DNA of 64,000 nt from Octopus sinensis. Taxonomy: Eukaryota. The stretch's first letter is position 1; each line of letters starts with the position of its first letter. A program made the translations under genes and the position numbers. Location of the stretch: the NCBI RefSeq assembly GCF_006345805.1, contig NC_043001.1, positions 17,856,001 through 17,920,000 of the forward strand, in the 5' to 3' direction. Below the pieces are notes generated by a model. It made no database searches, was not told where the DNA came from, and saw nothing but the letters and a program-made list of their open reading frames with translations. Shown piece by piece: positions 25,385 through 37,710 of the stretch.

Positions 25385-25851
25385 AGTGTCTTTGAGTTTG
25401 TGTTTGTTCTCCATCACCGCTTGATAACCAGTTTGAGATTATTACCCGCTCCCGTAATCTAGCGGTTCGACAAAAGGAAAAGGGTAAATAAATACCAGAA
25501 TTAAAAGATGAATCCGGGGGACGATCTGCTCGACTAATTCGTTTTAGTTGTTGCTCCAGCATGGCTTCAGTTCAATAGGTGTAACAGGGAAAGGAAAAAC
25601 AATAGGTGAAGCGTATCCAACAGCAACATTGAAAACGAGCAGGGTACACTTAAATATTTAAATGCCAAACTATAAAGCTTACCCAGGGGAATTAGCTCAA
25701 AGACACTGACACACACACGCACACACACGCACACACAACACACACACACACACAAGCGCGCACGTGAATATCGAACGATGACTAAAAGCAAACGGCATAA
25801 TCAGCCAACGCTTTCATATTCAAATACTAACAGAGAAGTTGGGTCATCGTT

Positions 25852-25924
25852 GGGGAATTAGCTCAGATGGTAGAGCGCTCGCTTAGCATGCGAGAGGTAC
25901 CGGGATCGATGCCCGGATTCTCCA
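25852..25924 (+). tRNA. tRNA-Ala(AGC), intact
   Basis: Full body, AGC. Confidence 0.95.
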
Positions 25925-26257
25925 AATGAAATCACTTAATGGTTTTTTTTTATATTGATTGATAATACTTGTTACGAGTTTCGAAATAACTGTATTATTC
26001 TCGATTTCATTCTTCTGTTTTGTTAAAATTTTTTTTTTGTTACCGAATACATTCGGTTATTTATTAATATATTTGAACATGCAATTTCATGAGCCCTAAA
26101 AAAGAAGATTTAAATGTTTTAGCCGATACATACACATACGCGTGCCATGTACACACATAAACAAATAGTAGTGTTTATTTATAATATGTAGACCTGTTTG
26201 TGTGTGCGTAATGTGGGAGCATGTATGTATATATGTATGCATGCATGTATGTATGTA

Positions 26258-26947
26258 CACAGACATGCAGGAAGTAAATAGACACCTTTGATTTTCAAAA
26301 CCTTTTATTTAATACGCAAAGCGAACATTTGAATTGTAATCGATAGGTAGGACTACACACTTTAGTATTTAGTTGACATTCCTTTTGCAGTTTTTAATTC
26401 AGAATCTCTTTTTGGCATTGAACTGATGAGCTTTGTGATTGTCTCTTGTGGGTGTTTTCTTCTAGCTGCTCGTCTATAATAACCAGCCTTATGCAGATAT
26501 GTAACACATCTTCTTGGACTAACTTCTAGCTGTTTTGCAACGTCAGAAGCCTTCGAACGGGGTTCGTTTTCCACAAATCTTCAAACAGCGAAGCTTCTTT
26601 TCGAGGGCCTAGGTCGGCAGGAACAAGAATCTGTTAATTCTTTTCCTTGGTTTTTAAATTGCACTATAATTCTATTAACAGGAGCAAGAGGAATTTGAAG
26701 ATTTTCAGCAATTTTTCGCTGGCTAAGACCAGCCTCAGATTGCCCAATAATACAACATTTTTGAAAATCTGACAGTTCTGCTGAACTTTTTGTGCGTGGC
26801 AGGGTTACTCTTCGCAGATGTTTAATATAATGGCACCTGGAATAAAAAAGAATAATTACACTGTAAATTTTACACCGCTGAAACCATTATTAAGACGCTC
26901 AGATCAGAAATTTTAAAACTTAAAGGTGTCTATTTACTTCCTGCATA

Positions 26948-26953
<6 letters not shown>
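26258..26953 (-). mobile_element. Internally deleted Tc1/mariner element
   Basis: TIRs CACAGACATGCAGGAAGTAAATAGACACCTTT / AAAGGTGTCTATTTACTTCCTGCATATCTGTG flanked by TA; minus strand encodes ELSDFQKCCIIGQSEAGLSQRKIAENLQIP and ASDVAKQLEVSPR...RRAARRKHP (HTH region); no DDE domain. Confidence 0.85.
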
Positions 26954-27002
<49 letters not shown>

Positions 27003-27744
27003 ATATATATAAGGAGATAAATAAAAATATGCATACATACAAACATATATGTACGTACCTACATCTACATGTATATATACATGCATATATAAATAATTAT
27101 ACGGGAGTACAGGACATCACATAAGACGTAGAAACGGAAAAAGCCAAAAAACAAAAAACAAGAAACGGAAACGAAAAACAAATACAGGACGAGCTACACA
27201 AGGACAAAACCCCCGTCATCAGCTGTGCGCTAGAGGAGTCAGGCATGTTTCGAAGGCATAACAGAACACTAATCCAATAGGCCTTCCTGCGAGAGAATTA
27301 AAATAAAATTTCAAGCAGCGGGGCACAATGAGTACGAACACAAACAAGACGTAACAATAAGACTGCAAAATTAAAAATACATGTACAAAAACACACAAGA
27401 GGACGAACGAAAAAGCCTTTTTTCTGGCATAGACAAACAATAAAACTGCAAAATAAAAATACATGTACAAAAAGTACAATTAGTTACAAAACGAGAAAAT
27501 AACAAAGAATACTATACAGGAAATCAACCACACAAGGGGACGAACGAAGAAGCCTTTTGCTGGCAAGGACGAAGTGATAGCAGCGCGTGGAGGCAGTCTT
27601 TTCAATAGTGGGAACCACGTGTAAAGAATTTTGTTTTATAGGCAAGAAAGAGGAAGGAGGAGGGGGACACGCGGCGAAGAGAGAGGAGGAGGGGAGGGAG
27701 AAAGATTGACGAGGTTAAAAAAGCAAAGGGAGAGAGTACCGCAT

Positions 27745-27860
27745 CTTCAATATATATAATATACACATATATCATATATGTTAAATATATTATATGTATA
27801 AATATATATATGTATAAATATATATATCATATATGTATAAATATATATAATGTATATAAG

Positions 27861-27900
<40 letters not shown>

Positions 27901-27991
27901 GTATATATATATATATATATTGTATATATATATATATATGTATATATATAGATATATATATATGTATATATATAATATATATATATGTATG

Positions 27992-28084
<93 letters not shown>

Positions 28085-28105
28085 TATATATATATATAGA
28101 TATAT
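27745..28105. repeat. (TA)n-rich microsatellite
   Basis: Direct reading. Confidence 0.95.
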
Positions 28106-29196
28106 AGGGAGAATTCACAAAAACAAACAAACGACGAGACGGGTGGTGTAGTCAACAAACAAATGTATTAGTTTAACGCTCGGGAAGTGAAAAAGTCTTT
28201 AACGTTTCGAGCCTACGCTCTTCCACAGAAAGAAACACAAAGAAACAGGGCGAGAAAATATACATACATGTGTGTGTGTGTGTGTGTGTGTAATCATCAG
28301 GCTTATGTAGTGAGAGTCGTGTTCCATACTTGACGCAACTCTCAATTGTGGGACACAACTATCACTACAAAAACCTGGAGATTGGGTAACGCATAAATGT
28401 GCTAATTTATTTCAATACTGTAAAGTTGTAAAATTGTAAAGTTTGCAAATAAGACGTGAATATCAGATTAAGTTGGAATTTTATTGATCAATGTATTCTA
28501 CACACAATCATACAAACTCGGAGTTCGTTTGTAGGTAGTCATTGCAGGCATATCATTTTTTACCTTATAGTATATTTTATTCTTCTTATTTTTCTTATGT
28601 ACTCCCTGTCTTTGATTTACTACTAAATACATGTAGACAATCGTCTGTAACATCGTAGTGGAATCTGTCCCTCGCCATTCTTGCCAAACAGCTTAAGCTT
28701 ATGGTTACTAAAAACAGCTTTATTAAAACCGAACAAAATAGAGTTCTTTTAACGAGGAACCCTTTGTAAAATCACCTGATGCGAGACACCTCTGTACCGA
28801 GGGATGCACCACAACTAGTTGTACAGTATCTCACCGGTGAGAGATGGATGCGGGATGTGTCGAAACGATCGTTATGAGCAATGAAATTTCTCGTGTATTT
28901 CATTTTCTGTCTCTATCATTTGTTATACATGCGTACATATATTCTCATGTATTTTATACATGCATACAGGTACAGCGTAACTGTAAGGTTAAAAAGCTTT
29001 ATAACATGTGGTGTCAGATTCAGTCCCATAGACTGGCAATTAGGTGTCTTATATTATAGCCTCGGGCCGACCAGTGTATTGGTAAACGGAAATTGTCAGG
29101 AAGCTCCTCGTATATATATTCGTGTGCGTGAGTGTTCACGTGCGCGTCTGTGTGTGTGTGTGTGTGTGTGTTCACGTGCGCGTCTGTGTGTGTGTG

Positions 29197-29235
<39 letters not shown>

Positions 29236-29515
29236 TTGGGTGTATGGGTCCTTGAGTTTGATTTTGTTCTCCTTCACAGCATGATATTCAGTTTGATATT
29301 ATTATACGATCCCGTAACCCAGCGGTTCGGCAAAAGAAAATAATAAATAAATACCAGAATTAAAAGATAACTACTAAATTGTTTTAACTGTTGCGCCAGC
29401 ATGGCTCTAGTTCGATAAATGAAACAAGTAATGGTCAAAAATAGGTAAAACATAGCGAACAGCAGAGTAATCAGTATGCATTTAAATATTTAAATGGCAA
29501 GATGTAAGCATATAC

Positions 29516-29588
29516 GGGGAATTAGCTCAGATGGTAGAGCGCTCGCTTAGCATGCGAGAGGTACCGGGATCGATGCCCGGATTCTCCA
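29516..29588 (+). tRNA. tRNA-Ala(AGC), intact
   Basis: Full body, AGC. Confidence 0.95.
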
Positions 29589-30234
29589 AGTAACGTCATT
29601 AAGTTCCTACTTTTTTTTTTCGTTTCTTGTATGCTTCAGTTTTTCAAATAACAACTTAACACACAAGTTCAAACTTTGTTTTTTTTTTTTTTCTGAATAT
29701 ATTCTGCTATTGATCAATTATCTAAACCCTGCAAATTCATAAACGCTGAAAGACTTCAAAATACAGAATATTTCAGCTGACATTGGGAATAATGGAGGCG
29801 ATACTGAAGACGCGTTCAGTGTTGAGAGACGGCAATGGCTGAGCATAGAATACATACCTGTGTGTGAGTGTGTGTGTGAGAGTGTGTGTGAGAGTGTGTG
29901 TGAGAGAGAGTGTTTGTGAGAGAGAGTGTGTGTGAGAGAGAGTGTGTGTGTGAGAGAGAGTGTGTGTGTGAGAGAGTGTGTGTGAGAGAGAGTGTGTTTG
30001 TGAGAGTGTGAGAGTGTGTGTGTGTGTGTGTGTGTGTATGTACTTGTTCGTATGTATATATGTTGTGTTGTGTGTGCGTACGTGTGTTTGTCCACCATCA
30101 CCACCACCACTTAATGACCGGTGTTGGTTTATTTACGTCTCACTCAACAAGAGGTTCGGCAAAGGGAGTATGTAAGTGTTTATTTCGTCACCATAGTAAC
30201 CCTGTTGTTACTCTATACAATACATAATCTTTTA

Positions 30235-30523
30235 TCTGTTAGTCGTTTCAGACATTTGATCGCGGCCATACTGGAGCACCGCCTTGAAGGGTTTCACTCG
30301 AACAAATTTTCCTTACGGCTTATTATTTTTCAAAGTCTTGCATTTATTCTCTCGGTCCTTTCTGCCGAAACGCTAAGTTACGGGGACATAAACACACCAA
30401 CACCAGACGTCAAGCGTTGGTAGGAGACAAAACAGTCGCAAAGACACACACACATAGATACATACTTAGATATATAGATACATACATATATACATGTGTG
30501 TGTGTGTGTATGTGTGTGTGTGT

Positions 30524-30575
<52 letters not shown>

Positions 30576-30730
30576 ACGACGGGCTTCTATTTTCCGTCTA
30601 CCAAATCCACTCACCAGGCTTTGATCGGCTGTGGCTTTAGTGGAATACACCTGCCCAATGAGCTTCGCAGTGGGACTGAACCCAGAGCCATGTGGTTGGG
30701 ATGCAAGCTTCTTACCACACTCCTGCGCCT
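30235..30730 (-). mobile_element. SINE family A, diverged
   Basis: Reverse complement head at 30650-30730 and tail at 30240-30290. Confidence 0.75.
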
Positions 30731-30941
30731 TGTCATATATATGTAATCAGACACGTGTTGCTGGAGATATTTTTCTTTCTCTGGACTTCTCTGTTTTCCA
30801 TTCTGACGAAGAGAAATGCTCGAAACGTCAAAAAACCCTCTCTTTTTTCGACCTTTATCGAGCGTTATTCTGTGTGTACGTCCCATTGTTGTTTTCCATG
30901 TTTTGATTTTACTATATGTATGTATATATATATATATATAT

Positions 30942-31479
30942 ATAAGTAAGGAAAATTTTTTAAAAAATGCAGAATGCTCAAATGAAAGAAAATTTTAATA
31001 AAATGAGAAATTGATCAAATATATAAATATATATTTATTCAACCGGTTTTCGTCATTGTATGACTTGTCAAGAATATTTATGTTTTAAAAAGTTTTTTTT
31101 TAAATTAGAAAGGGGGAAAAAAAGAAAATTGCATTGTTTTTTGCAAAAGAATAATGATAAAAATGTACAAAAATTAAAAAATAAGTACTCCGATACATTG
31201 TGAGTTCGTTGTGTATCTTGAGTTTTATGAATGTTCACGAAAAAATTACCTTGAGGTATTAAGATCCAAAGGGATTAAGAGCATGTGTTGTGTGGTTTAA
31301 TTCAGCATGTTGGCAGGACAGAAAAAACTTTTTAAAACATAAATATTCTTGACAAGTCATACAATGACGAAAACCGGTTGAATAAATATATATTTATATA
31401 TTTTATCAATTTCTCATTTTATTAAAATTTTCTTTCATTTGAGCATTCTGCATTTTTAAAAAATTTTTTCCTTACTTAT
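30942..31479. repeat. Inverted-repeat element (~150-bp arms)
   Basis: 30942-31093 is the near-exact reverse complement of 31327-31479; embedded in (TA)n. Confidence 0.9.
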
Positions 31480-31521
31480 CATTTCTCCACGTGCGGTCAA
31501 CACAACCCCACCATTTATTGA

Positions 31522-31583
<62 letters not shown>

Positions 31584-32064
31584 TATGTAAAACACTAGAG
31601 TTTTTATTTACAGTTTTCTTTGTTTGCTCTTTTCGATATTAAAAACAAAAAATAGCTTTATGGAGGTTGGAGAATCCATCTTAGCTAATTCACCTGTTAG
31701 TATTCCCCGCTGACTGATATATATATATATCAAAGTTAATAAAATCTCCGAATTTCAAAACTAAATGAAAGCAACAGACATGATATTAGAAACAAAAGTT
31801 ACTTTATTGGAGAATCTGGGCATCGATCCCGCTATCTCTGTCAGGCAAAGGGTACGCTCTAACGTTTAAGATAATATCCCTGTTTGTGATCGTGTCTTTC
31901 TCCTATTTATATCGTAAAGTCTTTTTATAAATCTGGAATTTAACAATTAAAGTACATTTGTTGGAGTACATGCTATTAAAAACAAAAGTACATTTATTGG
32001 AGTATCCAACAGACTGGAAATTATTAACATAAGCAGCTTTATTGCAACGTCTAGGAACAAATAC

Positions 32065-32294
32065 CTATTTCTTTACTACCCACAAGGGGCTAAACACAGA
32101 GAGGACAAACAAGGACAGACAAACGGATTAAGTCGATTATATCGACCCCAGTGCGTAACTGGTACTTATTTAATCGACCCCGAACGGATGAAAGGCAAAG
32201 TCGACCTCGGCAGAATTTGAACTCAGAACGTAAAGGCAGACGAAATACCGCTGAGCATTTCACCCGGCGTGCTAACGTTTCTGCCAGCTCGGCG
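32065..32294 (-). mobile_element. SINE family B
   Basis: Head gagctggcagaaacgttagcacgccggg; body gccgaggtcgactttgcctttcatcc.ttcggggtcgat; tail agccccttgtgggtagtaaagaaatag; second copy at 34620. Confidence 0.75.
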
Positions 32295-32703
32295 CCTCTC
32301 GAATGCCAACTGAGCGCGCTATCATCTGAGCTAATGCACCGAATTGTGCTCATCGGTTTTGTTATTCGTTTACTTTTACTCTTTAATCTTTTACTTGTTT
32401 CATGCGGTCATGCTGGAGCACGGAATATAAATTTTGTTTTTAAATCTCAGAATTTTCAAAGTAAATAAAAATGAAATCAATTAATAGATTATTGAAAACA
32501 AAAGTAGGTTTATTGGTGAAGCATAAGATTTTGGTTTTAAACGTGATGACCTAATCTTAGATTTATTCAAGGGTCGATAAAAGAAGTACCAGTTGAGCAC
32601 TGGCGTCCACGCAATCGACTTACCTCTCCCCCAAAACTGTTGGCCAAAATTCGAAACAGGATAACTAAAACAGATATAGTAGAGCTAATATTATTAGATA
32701 ATT

Positions 32704-32776
32704 TGGAGAATCCGGGTATCGATCCCGGTACCTCTCGCATGCGAAGCGAGCGCTCTACCATGTGAGCTAATTCCCC
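32704..32776 (-). tRNA. tRNA-Ala(CGC)
   Basis: catgcgaag on the plus strand equals TT-CGC-AT; D-loop variant CACATGG; G3:U70 intact. Confidence 0.9.
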
Positions 32777-33055
32777 AACCGCAATTGGCGGCTTTTCTTA
32801 GTACTATATTAATAAATGTGCCAATGGTTTATTAACAAGTGCGTCGCGTATTTCGTCTGTATCTTCTGAGTTCAAATGCTACCGAGGTCGATTTAGCCTT
32901 TCATTCTTCAAGGGACGATAAATGAAGAACTAATTGAGCACTAGGGTCAATGTAATCGACCTACCCCTCCCCCCGAAATTGCTGGCCTTGTGTCAAAATT
33001 TGAAACATAATAACTAAAATAAATATATTAGAATTAACATAATGCTTGTATAATG

Positions 33056-33128
33056 TGGAGAATCCGGGGATCGATCCCGGTACCTCTCGCATGCAAAGCG
33101 AGCGCTCTACCATCTGAGCTAATTCCCC
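33056..33128 (-). tRNA. tRNA-Ala(TGC)
   Basis: Full body, one T-loop substitution. Confidence 0.9.
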
Positions 33129-33509
33129 ATCTCCTGCTGCTTCTGCTTTTCTTATGTATTAATACTTTATTAAGAAAAGTGTTAATACTTTGTTAATAAA
33201 CGCGGAGAGCTGACGGAATCGTTAGCACTCCGGGCAAAATGCTTTGCGGCCGAGGTCGACTTTGCCTTTCACCTTTCCGGGGTCAATAAAATATATGCCA
33301 TTTGAGCCCTGGGTTCGATGCAATCGACATAACCCACCATCAAAATTGCTGGCCTTGTGCTAAATTTGAGACCATGATTACTAACTTGATACTATACTAT
33401 AAACACTAATGTTGTTTTGATCAAGGTCAGCCCTCTACAGCAGACATATGACTTATAGGCTTTCCTGATAGAGAAATAGACACATTCAAATACAAACGCA
33501 GATACACAT

Positions 33510-33925
33510 ACTCTTTTACTCTTTACTCTTTTACTTGTTTCAGTCATTTGACTGCGGCCATGCTGGAACACCGCCTTTAGTCGGGCAAATCGACCCCGGG
33601 ACTTATTCTTTGTAAGCCCAGTTCTTATTCTATCGGTCTCTTTTGCCGAACCGCTAAGTGATGGGGACGTAAACACACCAGCATCGTTTGTCAAGCAATG
33701 CTAGGGGGACAAACACAGACACACAAACACACACATACACATACATATATATATATACATATATACGACAGGCTTCTTTCAGTTTCCGTCTACCAAATTC
33801 ACTCACAAGGCATTGGTCGGCCCGGGGCTATAGCAGAAGGCACTTGCCCAAGATGCCACGCAGTGGGACTGAACCCGGAACCATGTGGTTGGTTAGCAAG
33901 CTACTTACCACACAGCCACTCCTAC
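33510..33925 (-). mobile_element. SINE family A
   Basis: Full-length reverse complement. Confidence 0.8.
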
Positions 33926-34058
33926 ATACTTTTACACACAAACATACACCTGTTACTGTTTAAGGAATACATTTTCATTGGTCAGTTAGTCGTCTGTTAT
34001 ATGGCAGACGACAAGCTAAATAACTCTCAAATATATCTTGCTAGGATAAGTTTTTTGC

Positions 34059-34487
34059 TTTGAATAGGATAAGCTAGGCTTAGATTTATTTGAATAGGAT
34101 AAGCTAGGCTTAGATTTATTTGAATAGGATAAGCTAGGCTTAGATTTATTTGAATAGGATAAGCTAGGCTTAGATTTATTTGAATAGGATAAGCTAGGCT
34201 TAGATTTATTTGAATAGGATAAGCTAGGCTTAGATTTATTTGAATAGGATAAGCTAGGCTTAGATTTATTTGAATAGGATAAGCTAGGCTTAGATTTATT
34301 TGAATAGGATAAGCTAGGCTTAGATTTATTTGAATAGGATAAGCTAGGCTTAGATTTATTTGAATAGGATAAGCTAGGCTTAGATTTATTTGAATAGGAT
34401 AAGCTAGGCTTAGATTTATTTGAATAGGATAAGCTAGGCTTAGATTTATTTGAATAGGATAAGCTAGGCTTAGATTTATTTGAATAA
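34059..34487. repeat. Perfect 30-bp minisatellite, about 14 copies
   Basis: TGAATAGGATAAGCTAGGCTTAGATTTATT repeated without substitutions. Confidence 0.97.
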
Positions 34488-34619
34488 AGTTTGCTTGACC
34501 AGAGTGGAACGTTTATTGTCATGGGACAACTGGATCGGTTCGAACTGAGTCTTTTTAGCAACATTATTTGTCTTCATTGAGAAACATCAGGGAGACGATT
34601 ATATAAGTCGCACTCCAAG

Positions 34620-34945
34620 GCTGCGAGCTGGCAGAAATGTTAACATGCCGGGCGAAATGCTTAGCGGTATTTCGTCTGTCGTTACGTTCTGAGTTCAAAT
34701 TCCGCCGAGGTCGACTTTGCCTTTCATCCTTTCGGGGTCGATAAATTAAGTACCAGTTACGCACTGGGGTCGATGTAATCGACTTAATACATATGTCTGT
34801 CTTTGTTTGTCCCCTCTATGTTTAGCCCCTTGTGGGTAATAAAGAAATAGAAATAGGTATTTCGTCTGTCTTTACGTTGTGAGTTCAAATTCCGCCGAGG
34901 TCGACTTTGCCTTTCATCCTTTCGAGGCCGATAAAATAAATACCA
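34620..34945 (+). mobile_element. SINE family B with partial tandem duplication
   Basis: Full copy to about 34855, then restarts at ggtatttcgtctgtc. Confidence 0.75.
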
Positions 34946-35224
34946 CTTGGATGATATAATACCACTAGGTATGATATAAATACCACTAGGGATGATATAA
35001 TCGACTGGCTCCCTCCACAGGGCGGGTTATGTCGATAGCACCGACCCCAGAGCTCAAATAGCATATATTTTATTGACCCTGGAACTGTGAAAGGCAAAGT
35101 TGACCTCGGCCGCAAAGCATTTTGCCCGGAGTGCTAACGATTCCGTCAGCTCTCCGCTGACGAAGTATTAACACTTTTCTTTATAAAGTATTAATACATA
35201 AGAAAAGTAGAAGTAGCAGGAGAT

Positions 35225-35297
35225 GGGGAATTAGCTCAGATGGTAGAGCGCTCGCTTTGCATGCGAGAGGTCCCAGGATCGATACACGCATTCTCCA
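35225..35297 (+). pseudogene. tRNA-Ala(TGC) with disrupted T-arm
   Basis: 5' half exact; T-stem CCAGG/CACGC mismatched. Confidence 0.75.
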
Positions 35298-35481
35298 CAT
35301 TACCGAAGCATTTTGTGAATTCTAACATTTTGTTTTATTTCAAATTTTGATACAAGGCCAACAATTTCTGGGGAGGGGTTGGTCGATTACATGGACCCTA
35401 ATGCTCAACTGGTACACCCAGATTCTCCAATCGTTGTGTTTTACTATATTTGTTTTATTTATTAATGGTTACGGTTAGTAT

Positions 35482-35864
35482 GGAATGGAAGCACTCCGTC
35501 GGTTACGACGATGAAGGTTCCGGTTGATCCGAATCAACGGAACAGCCTGCTCGTGAAATTAACGTGTAAGTGGCTGAGCAATCCACAGAACACGTGCACC
35601 CTTAACGTAATTCGGGGTATTCAGCGTGACACAGAGAGTGACAAGGCCGGCCCCTTGAAATACAGGTACAACAGAAACAGGAAGTAAGAGAAAGTGTTGT
35701 TGAAAGAGTACACAGGACAGCACCACCACCATCCCTGCCGGAGCCTCGTGGAGCTTTTTAGGTGTTTTCGTTCAATAAACACTCACAACGCCCGGTCTGG
35801 GAATCGAAACCGCGATCCTATGACCGCGAGTCCGCTGCCCTAACCACTGGGCCATTGCGCCTCC
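35482..35864 (-). mobile_element. SINE family C with 13-bp target-site duplication
   Basis: Head GGAGGCGCAATGGCCCAGTGG..GTTTCGATTCCC (A/B boxes); TTACGGTTAGTAT at 35469 and 35865; (TTCCA) tail. Confidence 0.85.
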
Positions 35865-36208
35865 TTACGGTTAGTATATTATAGTATCGAATATTTTCAC
35901 TGATTGGGCAGTTTATTTCAAACTACAGCTTCATTAACCTTGCAAAACTTTGTACACAGAATGCTTTTTTAGTTGAAGCCGCGAGTATCGAGTTAGGAAA
36001 TGGCCTTCCAAGACTGAGACGGAGTGAAGACTCAGCTTCGCATGTGTACACACCACACACACACACGCACACACATATAGGCATACACATACAGACGCAC
36101 CCAAGTACAGATGTTTAAATACATATATGTGCTCATTTACGTTATTTATGTGTGTGTATGTGTACATGCGTGTGTATGTGTACATGCGTGTGTGTGTGTA
36201 CATGCGTG

Positions 36209-36264
<56 letters not shown>

Positions 36265-37168
36265 TCAGAGGACATCATAAAACTGCAGAAAGACCTGAAC
36301 GAAATCTACAAATGGGCTAACAAAAATAACATGCAGTTCAATGCTATGAAAATTCAGGCCCTCCACTATCGGTCCAACACCAGGCTAAAATCGGAATACA
36401 CTGGACCAGAATGCAATATGATCCCAGAGTCACAGTCGGTGCGTGACCTGGGGGTTCACATAAGCAATGATACAACATTCCATGGCAACACTGTGCAGGT
36501 GAGTGACTGGATGGATTCTGAGGGCATTCAGAACCAGGAATAGGGAAACCCCACTATTCCTATGGAAGATTTTCGTTCTCAGCCGCTTGGTCTAGTGCCC
36601 CCAACTATGGTCCCCAGAGATTGTGAAAGAAACTGTGGAACTCGAAGCAATCCTGTGCCAATACACAAAGAAGATTGACTCGATGCAAAACATGGGTTAC
36701 TGGGAGAGGCTAAAGGAGCTGAGTCTCTATTCCCCGGAGACATGATGAAAGAGATATGCGGTGATATATATTTGGAAGATCTTGGAGGGTCTAGCTCCCA
36801 ATTTTAGAATTGACAGCTAAACCAATCTTCGAACTGGACAGCACTGCATCATACCAAAGATCCCGTCTTCCCCATCTAAAATAAGGACACAGTACTCCAA
36901 TAGTCTGGGTTTCATGGGCCCGCACTTGTTCAACATCCTTCCGGGCAACCTTAGAGATCTACATGGTGTTGATGTGGAAGTTTTCAAGGAACATCTGGAA
37001 AAGGTTACTATCTGAGATACCAGATGGACCCACATCGCGGCAAGAGACGCAAAGAAGAGCAGTTCCGTCCAACTCACCACTTTACCAAAAACAATATCGG
37101 AAACGACACCGAGTAACTACAGGTGGTGCACCAGTATGACATCAGCCCTGGGCTGAAACCAGTAAAAG

Positions 37169-37170
<2 letters not shown>
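36265..37170 (+). mobile_element. Decayed 3' part of CR1-like LINE
   Basis: EDIIKLQKDLNEIYKWANKNNMQFN...VRDLGVHIS; later YWERLKELSLYS; ends in (ATGT)n. Confidence 0.8.
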
Positions 37171-37199
<29 letters not shown>

Positions 37200-37493
37200 T
37201 GTATGTATGTATGTATGTATGTATGTATGCATGTATGTATGAATGTATGTATGAATGTATGTATGTATGAATATGGTACTTAAGTTAAAGGCAGCAGAAT
37301 TTTGTATGGTATTATCCATATAAATCAAATGGTGATTAAGAATGTGCATTGTCCGTTTAATTAAAAAAATTCTATATGTGGCTGAAGATTGCTCGACATT
37401 TTAAAACTGATGTAATATTTACAGTGTTTAATAAAATGAAGTAGCATGAAACAATTGTACTACACTACCTTAGATATCCTTGTTGCTTATTTT

Positions 37494-37527
<34 letters not shown>

Positions 37528-37549
37528 ATATATATATGTGTGTGTGTAT

Positions 37550-37708
37550 TATAAGTCCTTTGCCGATCTTTATATTGACCAGTCTCCAAAAATAACTTAC
37601 ACGCTTGCACGCAAGCCGTTTTACTGCACTTTAGTAGTTTACTGATGTTCAAAAAGGAAACTTTTTGCTGCTGGAATATCACAATTTTTGCTCTCTTGAC
37701 TGGACTGA
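37550..37708 (-). mobile_element. Possible Tc1-like HTH fragment
   Basis: AKIVIFQQQKVSFLNISKLLKCSKTACVQACKLFLETGQYKDRQR resembles a Tc1 transposase N-terminus. Confidence 0.45.
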
Positions 37709-37710
37709 GG

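Noticed and set aside
27747-28151. YI/HT/CV-rich ORFs here and at 40-43, 47-49 and 61 kb
   Set aside because: Microsatellite translations
34016-34564. 182-aa ORF with SNKSKPSLSY repeats
   Set aside because: Open frame results from a 30-bp stop-free minisatellite; no synonymous variation
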